From: Patescibacteria group bacterium
Lineage (GTDB): Bacteria; Bacteroidota; Ignavibacteria; Kapaibacteriales; Kapaibacteriaceae
Length of the DNA stretch: 64,000 bases
Reading direction: 5' to 3'
Assembly (NCBI GenBank): GCA_044376225.1
Contig: JBILLF010000001.1
Location: forward strand, 7,653 to 71,652
The stretch's first letter is position 1. Each line of letters starts with the position of its first letter. The position numbers and the translations under genes are program-made. The notes beneath the pieces were generated by a model. The model made no database searches. It was not told the origin of the DNA and was given only the letters and a program-made list of their open reading frames with translations. This document shows, piece by piece, positions 17,996 through 25,761 of this stretch.

Positions 17996-19884
17996 AACTA
18001 TTGATGGTGATCGCGATAGGGTTCATTGTCGGGCTGGCGGCCACGCTGGCGCAGGCTGCCGATACGGCGCTAACGCGGTATGGATTCCAGGCCGATGTCT
18101 CGGCGGGACTCAATCGCCACACGGCCAATTTTCGTCTGCTCAATCCGCCGTTTCCCTCATGCTGCGTGACCTTTACGAATGGCAGTGGAATCGGATACAG
18201 TCTCGGAGCAGCCATTACCGCTGACCTTGATGCGCGACTCAACGACCAGCCTGTTCGTCTCGGGACACGGCTCTCATGGACCGATCTCTCCGGATCATTG
18301 GTCGAGAATGAGTTTTTCACGTACGTGATCGTTGGATCTAATTCGTTCGACGGCATTTCACGCCACACCGTCTCAGCATCCTACGGGATGATCGGCATCG
18401 AGCCGTTCATTAGTGCAAGCCCCCTGCCGTCAATGCCGGCGCGTTTGCGACTTGGCGCATTGATCGGTATCCCTGTTGCCCCGACGTTTGCCCAGCGCGA
18501 GGAATTTGTCGAACCGACCGCTCCTGATGTGACCTTCCTCGATGGGTCGCGCGTTCGCAACGTCTACGAGGGGGAGCTCCCCAACACGTCAACGCAGGTG
18601 ATGGCTGTTGTTGCTCTTTCCTGGCCGATAACAACAGCCTCAGGTATGGAGATTGCGCCTGAGCTGACCTACGCGCATAATCTGACTACCTTCACCTCGT
18701 CGTTGACTTGGTCTGCCTCTGCTCTGCGCCTTGGGGCGTCGGTGCGCTATGCCATTCCGAAGCCCCCACCACCACCACCGCCCCCACCACCACCGCCCCC
18801 AGCACCACCGCCCCCAGCACCACCGCGGATCCCGACGGTATCATCACGACTCGAGATACAGTATGCGGGTGACACGATCGCCTTGCCGATGGTGCGAGTC
18901 AGAGAGATACGCCGGCAGTGTTCTGCGCCGTCGGTGATGTTCTTTGAGCGTAACTCTACAGCTCCGCTCACCGGCAATTCCGAGCGTGAACGGTTGCAGC
19001 AGCGAGTGATCGATGCCGTGCGCAGTGCGATGGTGACGGATCCGTCCCTCAGACTGACAATCATCGGTTCGGCTGCGGCCGACGAGCCATCGGTGCTTGC
19101 GCGTGAGCGCTATGCCTGGGCCATTCGAAATCTTGGTGTAGATGTTTCCCGCCTCTCGGTGAAAACAGAGAATCCGCCACAGCCAGAAGAGCTTGCTTTG
19201 CTGGATGAACAAAGGAGCGTTACGTTCCTGATCAATGACCGTCCGGCACTGCTCTTTGCCGGAGAATCAACGACATTTGCCACGCGAACACCGGCGAGTA
19301 TCAGCTTTGCTCACATCTTGACGTGTGATACAACGTGTAAGGAATCGGTCACGGCAACGCTTAATGGCAAGCCGCTTTTGGTTGAAGGAAAGGGGCCCAC
19401 GTATCGCGTCACAATCGACACCTCAATGATCGCCGAAGACGGTGGCATGCTCGAGATCCGTTCCTCAGTTAGCGCAGGTGAGACAGCATCCCGCGATGCA
19501 CGGGTGCTCGTGCTAATGCCATCGACGGCAGAGAAGACGATTGACGTTACGACGATGGACGACCGGCAGGGTCAGGACGTTCGGACACTGAGCTACTTCG
19601 ACTTCAACAGTTCCGCTCCGAAAATGGTCGATCAGGGTTCCTTGGAATCTGTGCGCACTGCCCTTCGCTCCGGAGCAAGCGTCACACTCATCGCCTCGAC
19701 GGACAACATCGGCACGGAAGAGTCCAACCGACTGCTAGCACAAAAGCGAGCGCAGGCTGTGATGAATATGCTGGGTCGGTCCGAACGTGTGACGATCCGC
19801 ATCGACGTAACCGCAGATGATGCTAATGGCTCGCCGATGGATCGCGTGTTCAACCGTAGCGTTCGCGCTCTAATCGTGCCGTAA
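17992..19884 (+). CDS. OmpA-family outer-membrane protein: N-terminal barrel-like region, poly-Pro hinge, two OmpA_C-like regions
   Basis: Signal peptide MKLLMVIAIGFIVGLAATLAQA, then hinge KPPPPPPPPPPPPPAPPPPAPPR. The C-terminal STDNIGTEESNRLLAQKRAQAV...NRSVRALIV matches the OmpA_C peptidoglycan-binding motif. A degenerate copy lies at aa ~300-390. ATGA overlap with the upstream gene. Confidence 0.75.
   Translation: MKLLMVIAIGFIVGLAATLAQAADTALTRYGFQADVSAGLNRHTANFRLLNPPFPSCCVTFTNGSGIGYSLGAAITADLDARLNDQPVRLGTRLSWTDLSGSLVENEFFTYVIVGSNSFDGISRHTVSASYGMIGIEPFISASPLPSMPARLRLGALIGIPVAPTFAQREEFVEPTAPDVTFLDGSRVRNVYEGELPNTSTQVMAVVALSWPITTASGMEIAPELTYAHNLTTFTSSLTWSASALRLGASVRYAIPKPPPPPPPPPPPPPAPPPPAPPRIPTVSSRLEIQYAGDTIALPMVRVREIRRQCSAPSVMFFERNSTAPLTGNSERERLQQRVIDAVRSAMVTDPSLRLTIIGSAAADEPSVLARERYAWAIRNLGVDVSRLSVKTENPPQPEELALLDEQRSVTFLINDRPALLFAGESTTFATRTPASISFAHILTCDTTCKESVTATLNGKPLLVEGKGPTYRVTIDTSMIAEDGGMLEIRSSVSAGETASRDARVLVLMPSTAEKTIDVTTMDDRQGQDVRTLSYFDFNSSAPKMVDQGSLESVRTALRSGASVTLIASTDNIGTEESNRLLAQKRAQAVMNMLGRSERVTIRIDVTADDANGSPMDRVFNRSVRALIVP
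18790..18825 (+). repeat. Tandem 15-nt unit CCACCGCCCCCAGCA x2 plus partial third copy, inside a 63-nt CCN tract
   Basis: Read directly: units at 18790-18804 and 18805-18819, then CCACCG at 18820-18825. The whole Pro/Ala tract spans 18763-18825. Confidence 0.9.
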
Positions 19885-19888
19885 TCTC

Positions 19889-21049
19889 ATGATTGATCGA
19901 AATGACTTCCTGCTTGACGATGATGTGACTTTTCTTAATCACGGGTCGTTTGGTGCCTGCCCGAAAGTCATCCTCGACCATCAGAGGACGTGGATCGAGC
20001 GTCTGGAACGTCAGCCGGTACTCTACTTCCGCGAGCTTATGCATCTGATGCGGAATGCACGCTCACATCTTGCTGAGTACCTTGGAGCCGAGACCCGGAA
20101 TCTGGTTTTCGTGACGAATTCCACCTACGGCGTCAACATCGCGGCGCATGCTCTTGGGGCTATGCTGGCGCCTGGTGATGAGATCCTGACGACCGACCAC
20201 GAGTATGGTGCCTGCGACCGTGCCTGGAAGCAGTATGCCATCAGCAAAGGGGTGGTATGGAATCGGATATCAATACCCATGCCTGCCCCCTCGCAGGAGG
20301 CGTTGCTGGAACTGATTTGGTCAGGCGTGAACCAGCGGACGCGATTGCTGTTCATCAGTCACATCACAAGTCCAACTGGCCTGCGTATGCCGGTCGAGCA
20401 GCTCTGCACGAGGGCGCGACAGGCCGGTATCATCACCGTCATCGACGGTTCCCATGTGCCAGGGCATATCCCGTTGGACCTATCAACGCTGGATGCTGAT
20501 TTCTACACCGGCAATTGCCACAAGTGGATGTGTACGCCAAAGGGCTCAGCCTTTATGTGGACCTCTGACCGCTACCGCGAAGTACTTCCGCCGCTGGTGG
20601 TAAGCTGGGGCAGCGACATCCCAACGATCGGTGACGGGATGTTCGTCGATGAGAATGAGTTTCTCGGAACGCGAGATCACAGTCCGTTCCTCTCGGTGCC
20701 GTTTGCCCTCGAGTGGATGCGGTCAAACGACTGGAATGCCGTTCAGGAGAGGTGCCGTAACCTCACACGTGAGGGTGTTGAGATGCTGTGCGAGATTGAC
20801 GGAGTGCGGCCGATCCAGATCGAAGGACCTGACCCACTGCTCCAGCTTGGCACGGTCCTGCTTCCTGAAAACGTGGACGTTATGGCGATGAAGAACTGGC
20901 TCTATGACGAACGCCAAACTGAGGTAGTCGTTCATCGATGGCTGGACCGGCCCATGCTTCGACTGAGTGTGCATGTGCATACGTCGCGCGCAGATCTTGA
21001 AGTACTTGCTTCCGCCGTCAGGGAGTTTCTCTCCGGCCTCAGCGACTAA
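19889..21049 (+). CDS. Aminotransferase class V-fold PLP enzyme (isopenicillin-N-epimerase / cysteine-desulfurase-like)
   Basis: 386 aa. FLNHGSFG, ISHITSPTG, and a PLP-lysine context GNCHKWMCTPKGSAFMW. Confidence 0.8.
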   Translation: MIDRNDFLLDDDVTFLNHGSFGACPKVILDHQRTWIERLERQPVLYFRELMHLMRNARSHLAEYLGAETRNLVFVTNSTYGVNIAAHALGAMLAPGDEILTTDHEYGACDRAWKQYAISKGVVWNRISIPMPAPSQEALLELIWSGVNQRTRLLFISHITSPTGLRMPVEQLCTRARQAGIITVIDGSHVPGHIPLDLSTLDADFYTGNCHKWMCTPKGSAFMWTSDRYREVLPPLVVSWGSDIPTIGDGMFVDENEFLGTRDHSPFLSVPFALEWMRSNDWNAVQERCRNLTREGVEMLCEIDGVRPIQIEGPDPLLQLGTVLLPENVDVMAMKNWLYDERQTEVVVHRWLDRPMLRLSVHVHTSRADLEVLASAVREFLSGLSD

Positions 21050-21245
21050 GGTTCTTTTCTGTGCGGATATGCTCGATGAACGCTTCCATGAACCTCAACG
21101 AGTCATGGAGGTTCAGGCTCATCACGCCCCCTCCCTGAACCTCGATATCGACGTAGATCTCGGATGTTGCAAAGCTGCAGTTTACGCGGGCGTTGAGAAT
21201 ATCCGCGTACGGCACATCGTGTTCGCCAAAGCGAAGAACGTTCAT
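21039..21245 (-). CDS. Small hypothetical protein (68 aa)
   Basis: ORF directly downstream of upp on the same strand, with GAGAGG 5 nt before the ATG. Its 3' end overlaps the convergent aminotransferase by 11 nt. No recognisable motif. Confidence 0.35.
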   Translation of the reverse strand: MNVLRFGEHDVPYADILNARVNCSFATSEIYVDIEVQGGGVMSLNLHDSLRFMEAFIEHIRTEKNLSR

Positions 21246-21269
21246 AACTACCTCTCGGGAAGGTCGGTG

Positions 21270-21890
21270 CTAGATGGTACCGAACAGGCGATCGCCGGCA
21301 TCGCCGAGTCCGGGCACGATGTACCCGAGTGAATTCAACTCGCGGTCAAGTGCCGCACAAAATATCGTCACGTCTGGGTGTTCTGCCTCTACGGCATTGA
21401 TGCCTTCAGGCGCAGCGATCAGACACGCTGCCATCAGACGCTGATGTGGAAGGGGGCGAAGCATCGACAGCGTTGCGCTCATGCTTCCGCCGGTGGCCAG
21501 CATCGGGTCGAGCACAATAAACGTTGTGGCAGGATCGGATGGGGGAAGGTTGCGGTAGTATTCGTGAGGCTCCAGCGTCTGTTCGTTGCGCTTTAGTCCG
21601 ATGAATCCGACCGAGGCTTGCGGACAAAGGGCAATGAAGGGATCGAGGATTCCCATGCCGGCACGCAGAATCGGCACCAGTACAACCTGTCCGTCGATCA
21701 CCTGACACGACGTGGTCTCAAGTGGCGTGGAAACGCTCACGGTTTGGGCGGGAAGAGCATTCAACGTGGCTGATGCCAGATGCAACCCGATGCGATGAAC
21801 AGCCGATCGGAAGACATCTATCGGTGCGTCCTTGGCCCGGATCGTCGCAAGATCGGTCGAGAGCGCCGTACCGGTGAGGATGACCGCCAT
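21270..21890 (-). CDS. upp: Uracil phosphoribosyltransferase
   Basis: 206 aa. PRPP-binding loop VLDPMLATGGS and C-terminal YIVPGLGDAGDRLFGT. Confidence 0.92.
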   Translation of the reverse strand: MAVILTGTALSTDLATIRAKDAPIDVFRSAVHRIGLHLASATLNALPAQTVSVSTPLETTSCQVIDGQVVLVPILRAGMGILDPFIALCPQASVGFIGLKRNEQTLEPHEYYRNLPPSDPATTFIVLDPMLATGGSMSATLSMLRPLPHQRLMAACLIAAPEGINAVEAEHPDVTIFCAALDRELNSLGYIVPGLGDAGDRLFGTI

Positions 21891-21892
21891 GC

Positions 21893-23512
21893 TTAGAACT
21901 TCGGGAAGAACAGGATCGTCAGACGTGGGATCGAATAGATCGTCGTGATGTCGGCCTTGTCCTGGGAATAGCGGTTGGCTGCAGGATCAAAGTACAGGCG
22001 TGTTCCGGAGGTTGGATCAAGCGGGTCCACACGTTGACGATCCGGCGCGAACCATTCCTTGTTTTTGTCGGTGGTATCTACACGGTTCACGAAGTGCGTC
22101 TTGACCACCTGATCCACATCCTGACCAAGCATGAAGTTAAACCTCACGTTGAACATCGGATAGAACAAACCAATAGAAGTTGGGATCGAAACACCAACGC
22201 CGATTCCGGCAATGATCCCAAACTTCGACGTCTGCTGGATTCCGTCGTCCGTGTAGACGTACGAAGCGCCTATCTGCGGAAGGAAGTTCACCTTGTTGTA
22301 GGGGTTGAGCGCATAGAGCATTGTTGCTTCTGCGATATGCGTGGTGATCACCGGCAGGTTGTAGAGGCGTTTTTTACTGTCGTTGCGGGTATTGATGTAC
22401 GTGGCTTCGAGCATCATCCGGTCTGATGCCTGATAGGCCACCGTGCCGCCGACGCTGAGGATTGACGGGTACGAAAACGAGGCCGTAGAATCGAGTGGGC
22501 GCCATGACGGTATTGTCCCGGCTTTGTAATCCAGGTAGAATTCCTGCCGATAGATACGGCGCTCGGTGATCGTGTTGGAACCGGCGCTGAATCCAACACC
22601 AAAGCTGCGTGGCCTGATCAATCGGTCCCATGTTGTCGAGTCGAGACGGTAGTTCTCCAGTGCGGTCTCATAATCAGCATCCAGTTCGTAGCTGTCCTCG
22701 TCAGGGGGCGTCGGCTGGGCGATGGCGGCGATTGAGAGCACCATAAACATCATGGCCAGACCGAAGAATGACCGCGCCGTTCGTGTGGTCGTTGCGATCA
22801 CGTCTGAAATTTCCATTCCGGTAATCTCCGCGAATTTTTCGGCTACCAGCCGCACATGCCGAGGCTCATTGCGTTTGCCTCTGTGCGGAACAGGCGTCAT
22901 GTATGGTGAATCTGTTTCGAGCATGAATCGGTCGCGTGGGACACGATGCAGAGCCTCGTGTAGTGTGAATCGCGAAAAGGTGATGTTACCCGTGAACGAG
23001 ACATGCATGCCGAGATCTATGGCCCGTTCGAGAACATCCACACCGCTGGAGAAGCAGTGCAGAACGCCACGCAGCGTTCCGTCCTGCTCTTCCTCGATGA
23101 TCCGGAGAACGTCCTCATCGGCATCCCGATTGTGGATGATCACCGGCAGCGAGCGTGATTTTGCGATTCTCAGCTGCTCGCGAAAGTACGATTTCTGAAC
23201 CTCAGGAGCACAGAAGTCGTAGTAGTAGTCAAGGCCGATCTCTCCGATGGCCACGACCTTTTCTTCGTGACTTTGAACTAGTACATCCTCGAGGTCGGCT
23301 GTCGTAACCTCACCGGCATGGTGAGGGTGGATGCCGACGCCACGGTACAGACGATCGTGGGAATTCACCACGGTCTTGAGCTGCAGTCGGGTCGTTGGTT
23401 TGATGTCGGGCACAACGATCAGCTCAATGCCGTCTTCAAAGGCTCGCTTCAGGACCTCGTCACGGTCGGCGTCAAAGGCCTCCGTGTCGATGTGGGCATG
23501 TGTATCGATCAT
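21893..23512 (-). CDS. TatD-family metal-dependent hydrolase fused in frame to a signal-peptide-like segment and a ~285-aa beta-barrel-like domain
   Basis: aa 1-250 form a complete TatD (MIDTHAHID, GEIGLDYY, VIIHNRDA, HCFSG, ETDSPYM). There is no stop codon before RTARSFFGLAMMFMVLSIAAIAQ. The remainder has alternating hydrophobicity and ends FFPKF. Confidence 0.8.
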   Translation of the reverse strand: MIDTHAHIDTEAFDADRDEVLKRAFEDGIELIVVPDIKPTTRLQLKTVVNSHDRLYRGVGIHPHHAGEVTTADLEDVLVQSHEEKVVAIGEIGLDYYYDFCAPEVQKSYFREQLRIAKSRSLPVIIHNRDADEDVLRIIEEEQDGTLRGVLHCFSSGVDVLERAIDLGMHVSFTGNITFSRFTLHEALHRVPRDRFMLETDSPYMTPVPHRGKRNEPRHVRLVAEKFAEITGMEISDVIATTTRTARSFFGLAMMFMVLSIAAIAQPTPPDEDSYELDADYETALENYRLDSTTWDRLIRPRSFGVGFSAGSNTITERRIYRQEFYLDYKAGTIPSWRPLDSTASFSYPSILSVGGTVAYQASDRMMLEATYINTRNDSKKRLYNLPVITTHIAEATMLYALNPYNKVNFLPQIGASYVYTDDGIQQTSKFGIIAGIGVGVSIPTSIGLFYPMFNVRFNFMLGQDVDQVVKTHFVNRVDTTDKNKEWFAPDRQRVDPLDPTSGTRLYFDPAANRYSQDKADITTIYSIPRLTILFFPKF

Positions 23513-23979
23513 GCACCGAGGGCGTCAAGATGGGCAATGACATCACTGACATGACCCGGCACTTTCACTTTTTCGAACGTCGCCACGATCTTTCCCTTCG
23601 GATCGATAATGTATGTGGTGCGCTCGACGCCCATGTAGGTGCGACCGTACATTGACTTCTGCTTCCAGGTGTCATACGCCTGGCAGACAGAATGATCTTC
23701 GTCGGAGATCAGCGTGAAGTTTAGCTCATACTTGGCCTTGAACTTGTCGTGGGACTTTGGACCGTCCGGGCTAACGCCCACGACCGTCACGCCGCGCTTC
23801 GTTAGTGAGGCCATCGAATCGCGAAAGTCGCATGCCTCAGCCGTACAGCCCGAGGTGTCGTCCTTAGGGTAGAAGTACAGAACGATCCACGACCCCTTGT
23901 GGGAAGCTAGTGAGAATGTTCCTCCACCGTCGGTTGCAGCTTTGATCGCGGGTGCCTTGGTTCCGGTTTCGAGTGCCAT
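23509..23979 (-). CDS. bcp: Thioredoxin-dependent peroxiredoxin Bcp
   Basis: 156 aa. YFYPKDDTSGCTAEAC is the Bcp/PrxQ active-site motif. Confidence 0.9.
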   Translation of the reverse strand: MALETGTKAPAIKAATDGGGTFSLASHKGSWIVLYFYPKDDTSGCTAEACDFRDSMASLTKRGVTVVGVSPDGPKSHDKFKAKYELNFTLISDEDHSVCQAYDTWKQKSMYGRTYMGVERTTYIIDPKGKIVATFEKVKVPGHVSDVIAHLDALGA

Positions 23980-23981
23980 GG

Positions 23982-25718
23982 TCAGGGTCTCCGTGGTGCC
24001 ATTGTGCGCCGGGCACCGAAAAGTTGGATAAGAGTATGTTCGATCGGCAGAACATCGTCTGGGACAACAGCGACTGCTTCGACGGCTGCGTCAACCGCAG
24101 CTACGCCTTCGATGTTCCCAGCAGTTGGATTCGTCGGTGAGATCGCCCCCGGCTGCGCTGCACGCGCCGGTTGCCGTGCCGTACTGACGATGTGAACGCC
24201 GATGCCGGCACCGTAGCTTGAGGCAAGGTGCTCCTTCAGTGCTGAAAGAGAATCCTGCAGCCGCTGGAACATCACCTGCGAGCCGGTGTGCAACACGATA
24301 CCCACGTCGGTGACATCGGCTGAAACCAGCTGCTGACGTACGGATTGACCTACATAGGCGAGATGATCGGGCAGCGACTCGATCCACTGCGACCACCGGC
24401 GTGCCAGGTTACCCGACGTCAGTGAGCTTACCGGCGTCGAGGCTGAGCGCATCACCACTGGTGTACCGAGTCGAACTGGAATATGCTGTGCCGAGGCAAC
24501 GCCGCCGACCAGCGACTGGCTGGCGGTGCTGGGGATCGATGGCGGAAGAGTCGGGGCGGGCCGTTGCGCAGCTGCAGGGTTCTGCAGGGTGGCCAGAACC
24601 GTGCCGAGATCGACCGTTGAATCCATGCCGGCAAGCTGCACGAGGGTGAACTCGAACCGCACACGAGGCTGTGGAGGGTGCTGACGAAGGGCTGCTTCTC
24701 CCTGTGAGATCAGCGTCATGATCCGCAGAACGTCTGCTTTGGAAAACCGCGCAGATGCCAGACGGTAGCGCTCAAGGTCGGCCTTTGAGGCCTCGATAAG
24801 CCCCGTGCCCTTCGTGGTGATAACGGTGAGGATGTTGCGGAAATGATCCATCAGGCCTATCAGACATTCCTGAAGGTCATAGCCGCGCTGCACCACGATG
24901 CGGGCCTGCTCGAACATCACTGGGATGTCATGGTCGGCAATGGCGTCACTGAGTGTGAAGTAGAAATCAGCATCGATGAACTGCAGCGCCCGGCCAAGGT
25001 CGGCAATGGTGATCGTGGTCCCACAGAACGAGACCACCATGTCGAAGATCGACTGCGAGTCGCGCATCGATCCATCAGCCTTCTTGGCGATGGCGATCAG
25101 AGACTCTTCATCGATGTTGATGCTTTCAGCCTCGGCGATCGTGGCCAGGTGGCCGGCGATCGTGTCGATCTCCATGCGACGGAAATCAAAGCGCTGACAG
25201 CGGCTCAGGATCGTAGCTGGGACTTTATTGATCTCGGTGGTAGCAAAGACGAAGATCAAATGGGCAGGGGGCTCCTCCAACGTCTTGAGCAGGGCATTGA
25301 AGGCCGCCGTCGAGAGCATGTGGACTTCGTCGATGATGTACATCTTGTAGGCGCCCGAAACCGGGGCGTACTTGACGTTATCGCGGAGCTTCCGAACGTC
25401 ATCGATGCTGTTGTTGGACGCACCGTCGATCTCGACGATGTCCATGTTTCGTCCTTCGAGCATGTCCGTGCAGTTCGAGCAGGCGTTACATGGCTCCTGG
25501 TCAACCGGATGAAGGCAGTTCAGTGCCCGCGCCAGGATGCGTGCACAGGTGGTTTTACCAACGCCACGCGGACCCGTGAAGAGGTAGGCATGGTGAACCC
25601 TCTTCATGACGATGGCATTTTTCAGGGTTGTCGTAATATGTTCCTGACCAACTACGTCTTCGAAGCGTAGTGGGCGCCATTTTCGGGCGGTAACGATGTA
25701 TTGCTGATGTTCAGACAT
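23982..25718 (-). CDS. dnaX: DNA polymerase III subunit gamma/tau
   Basis: Start set at MSEHQQYIVTARKWRPLRFEDVVGQEHI (ATG at 25718). Has GPRGVGKTT, a Zn module CNACSNC and the box IDEVHMLS. The 77 upstream codons of the ORF are non-homologous. Confidence 0.9.
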   Translation of the reverse strand: MSEHQQYIVTARKWRPLRFEDVVGQEHITTTLKNAIVMKRVHHAYLFTGPRGVGKTTCARILARALNCLHPVDQEPCNACSNCTDMLEGRNMDIVEIDGASNNSIDDVRKLRDNVKYAPVSGAYKMYIIDEVHMLSTAAFNALLKTLEEPPAHLIFVFATTEINKVPATILSRCQRFDFRRMEIDTIAGHLATIAEAESINIDEESLIAIAKKADGSMRDSQSIFDMVVSFCGTTITIADLGRALQFIDADFYFTLSDAIADHDIPVMFEQARIVVQRGYDLQECLIGLMDHFRNILTVITTKGTGLIEASKADLERYRLASARFSKADVLRIMTLISQGEAALRQHPPQPRVRFEFTLVQLAGMDSTVDLGTVLATLQNPAAAQRPAPTLPPSIPSTASQSLVGGVASAQHIPVRLGTPVVMRSASTPVSSLTSGNLARRWSQWIESLPDHLAYVGQSVRQQLVSADVTDVGIVLHTGSQVMFQRLQDSLSALKEHLASSYGAGIGVHIVSTARQPARAAQPGAISPTNPTAGNIEGVAAVDAAVEAVAVVPDDVLPIEHTLIQLFGARRTMAPRRP

Positions 25719-25761
25719 GACGTGCTGCGGCGAAAAATCCAATCTGCTAAAACCCTCTGCC

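Noticed and set aside
24843-25670. 275-aa plus-strand ORF inside dnaX
   Set aside because: Antisense to the conserved AAA+ region of dnaX. No recognisable features.
23982-25718. Programmed -1 frameshift site (A AAA AAG type) for a gamma/tau split in dnaX
   Set aside because: Scanning the plus strand for the complementary CTTTTTT, I found no such heptamer. The only A/T run I noticed is a T5 tract (plus strand, near 25618-25622), which falls in the N-terminal AAA+ region.
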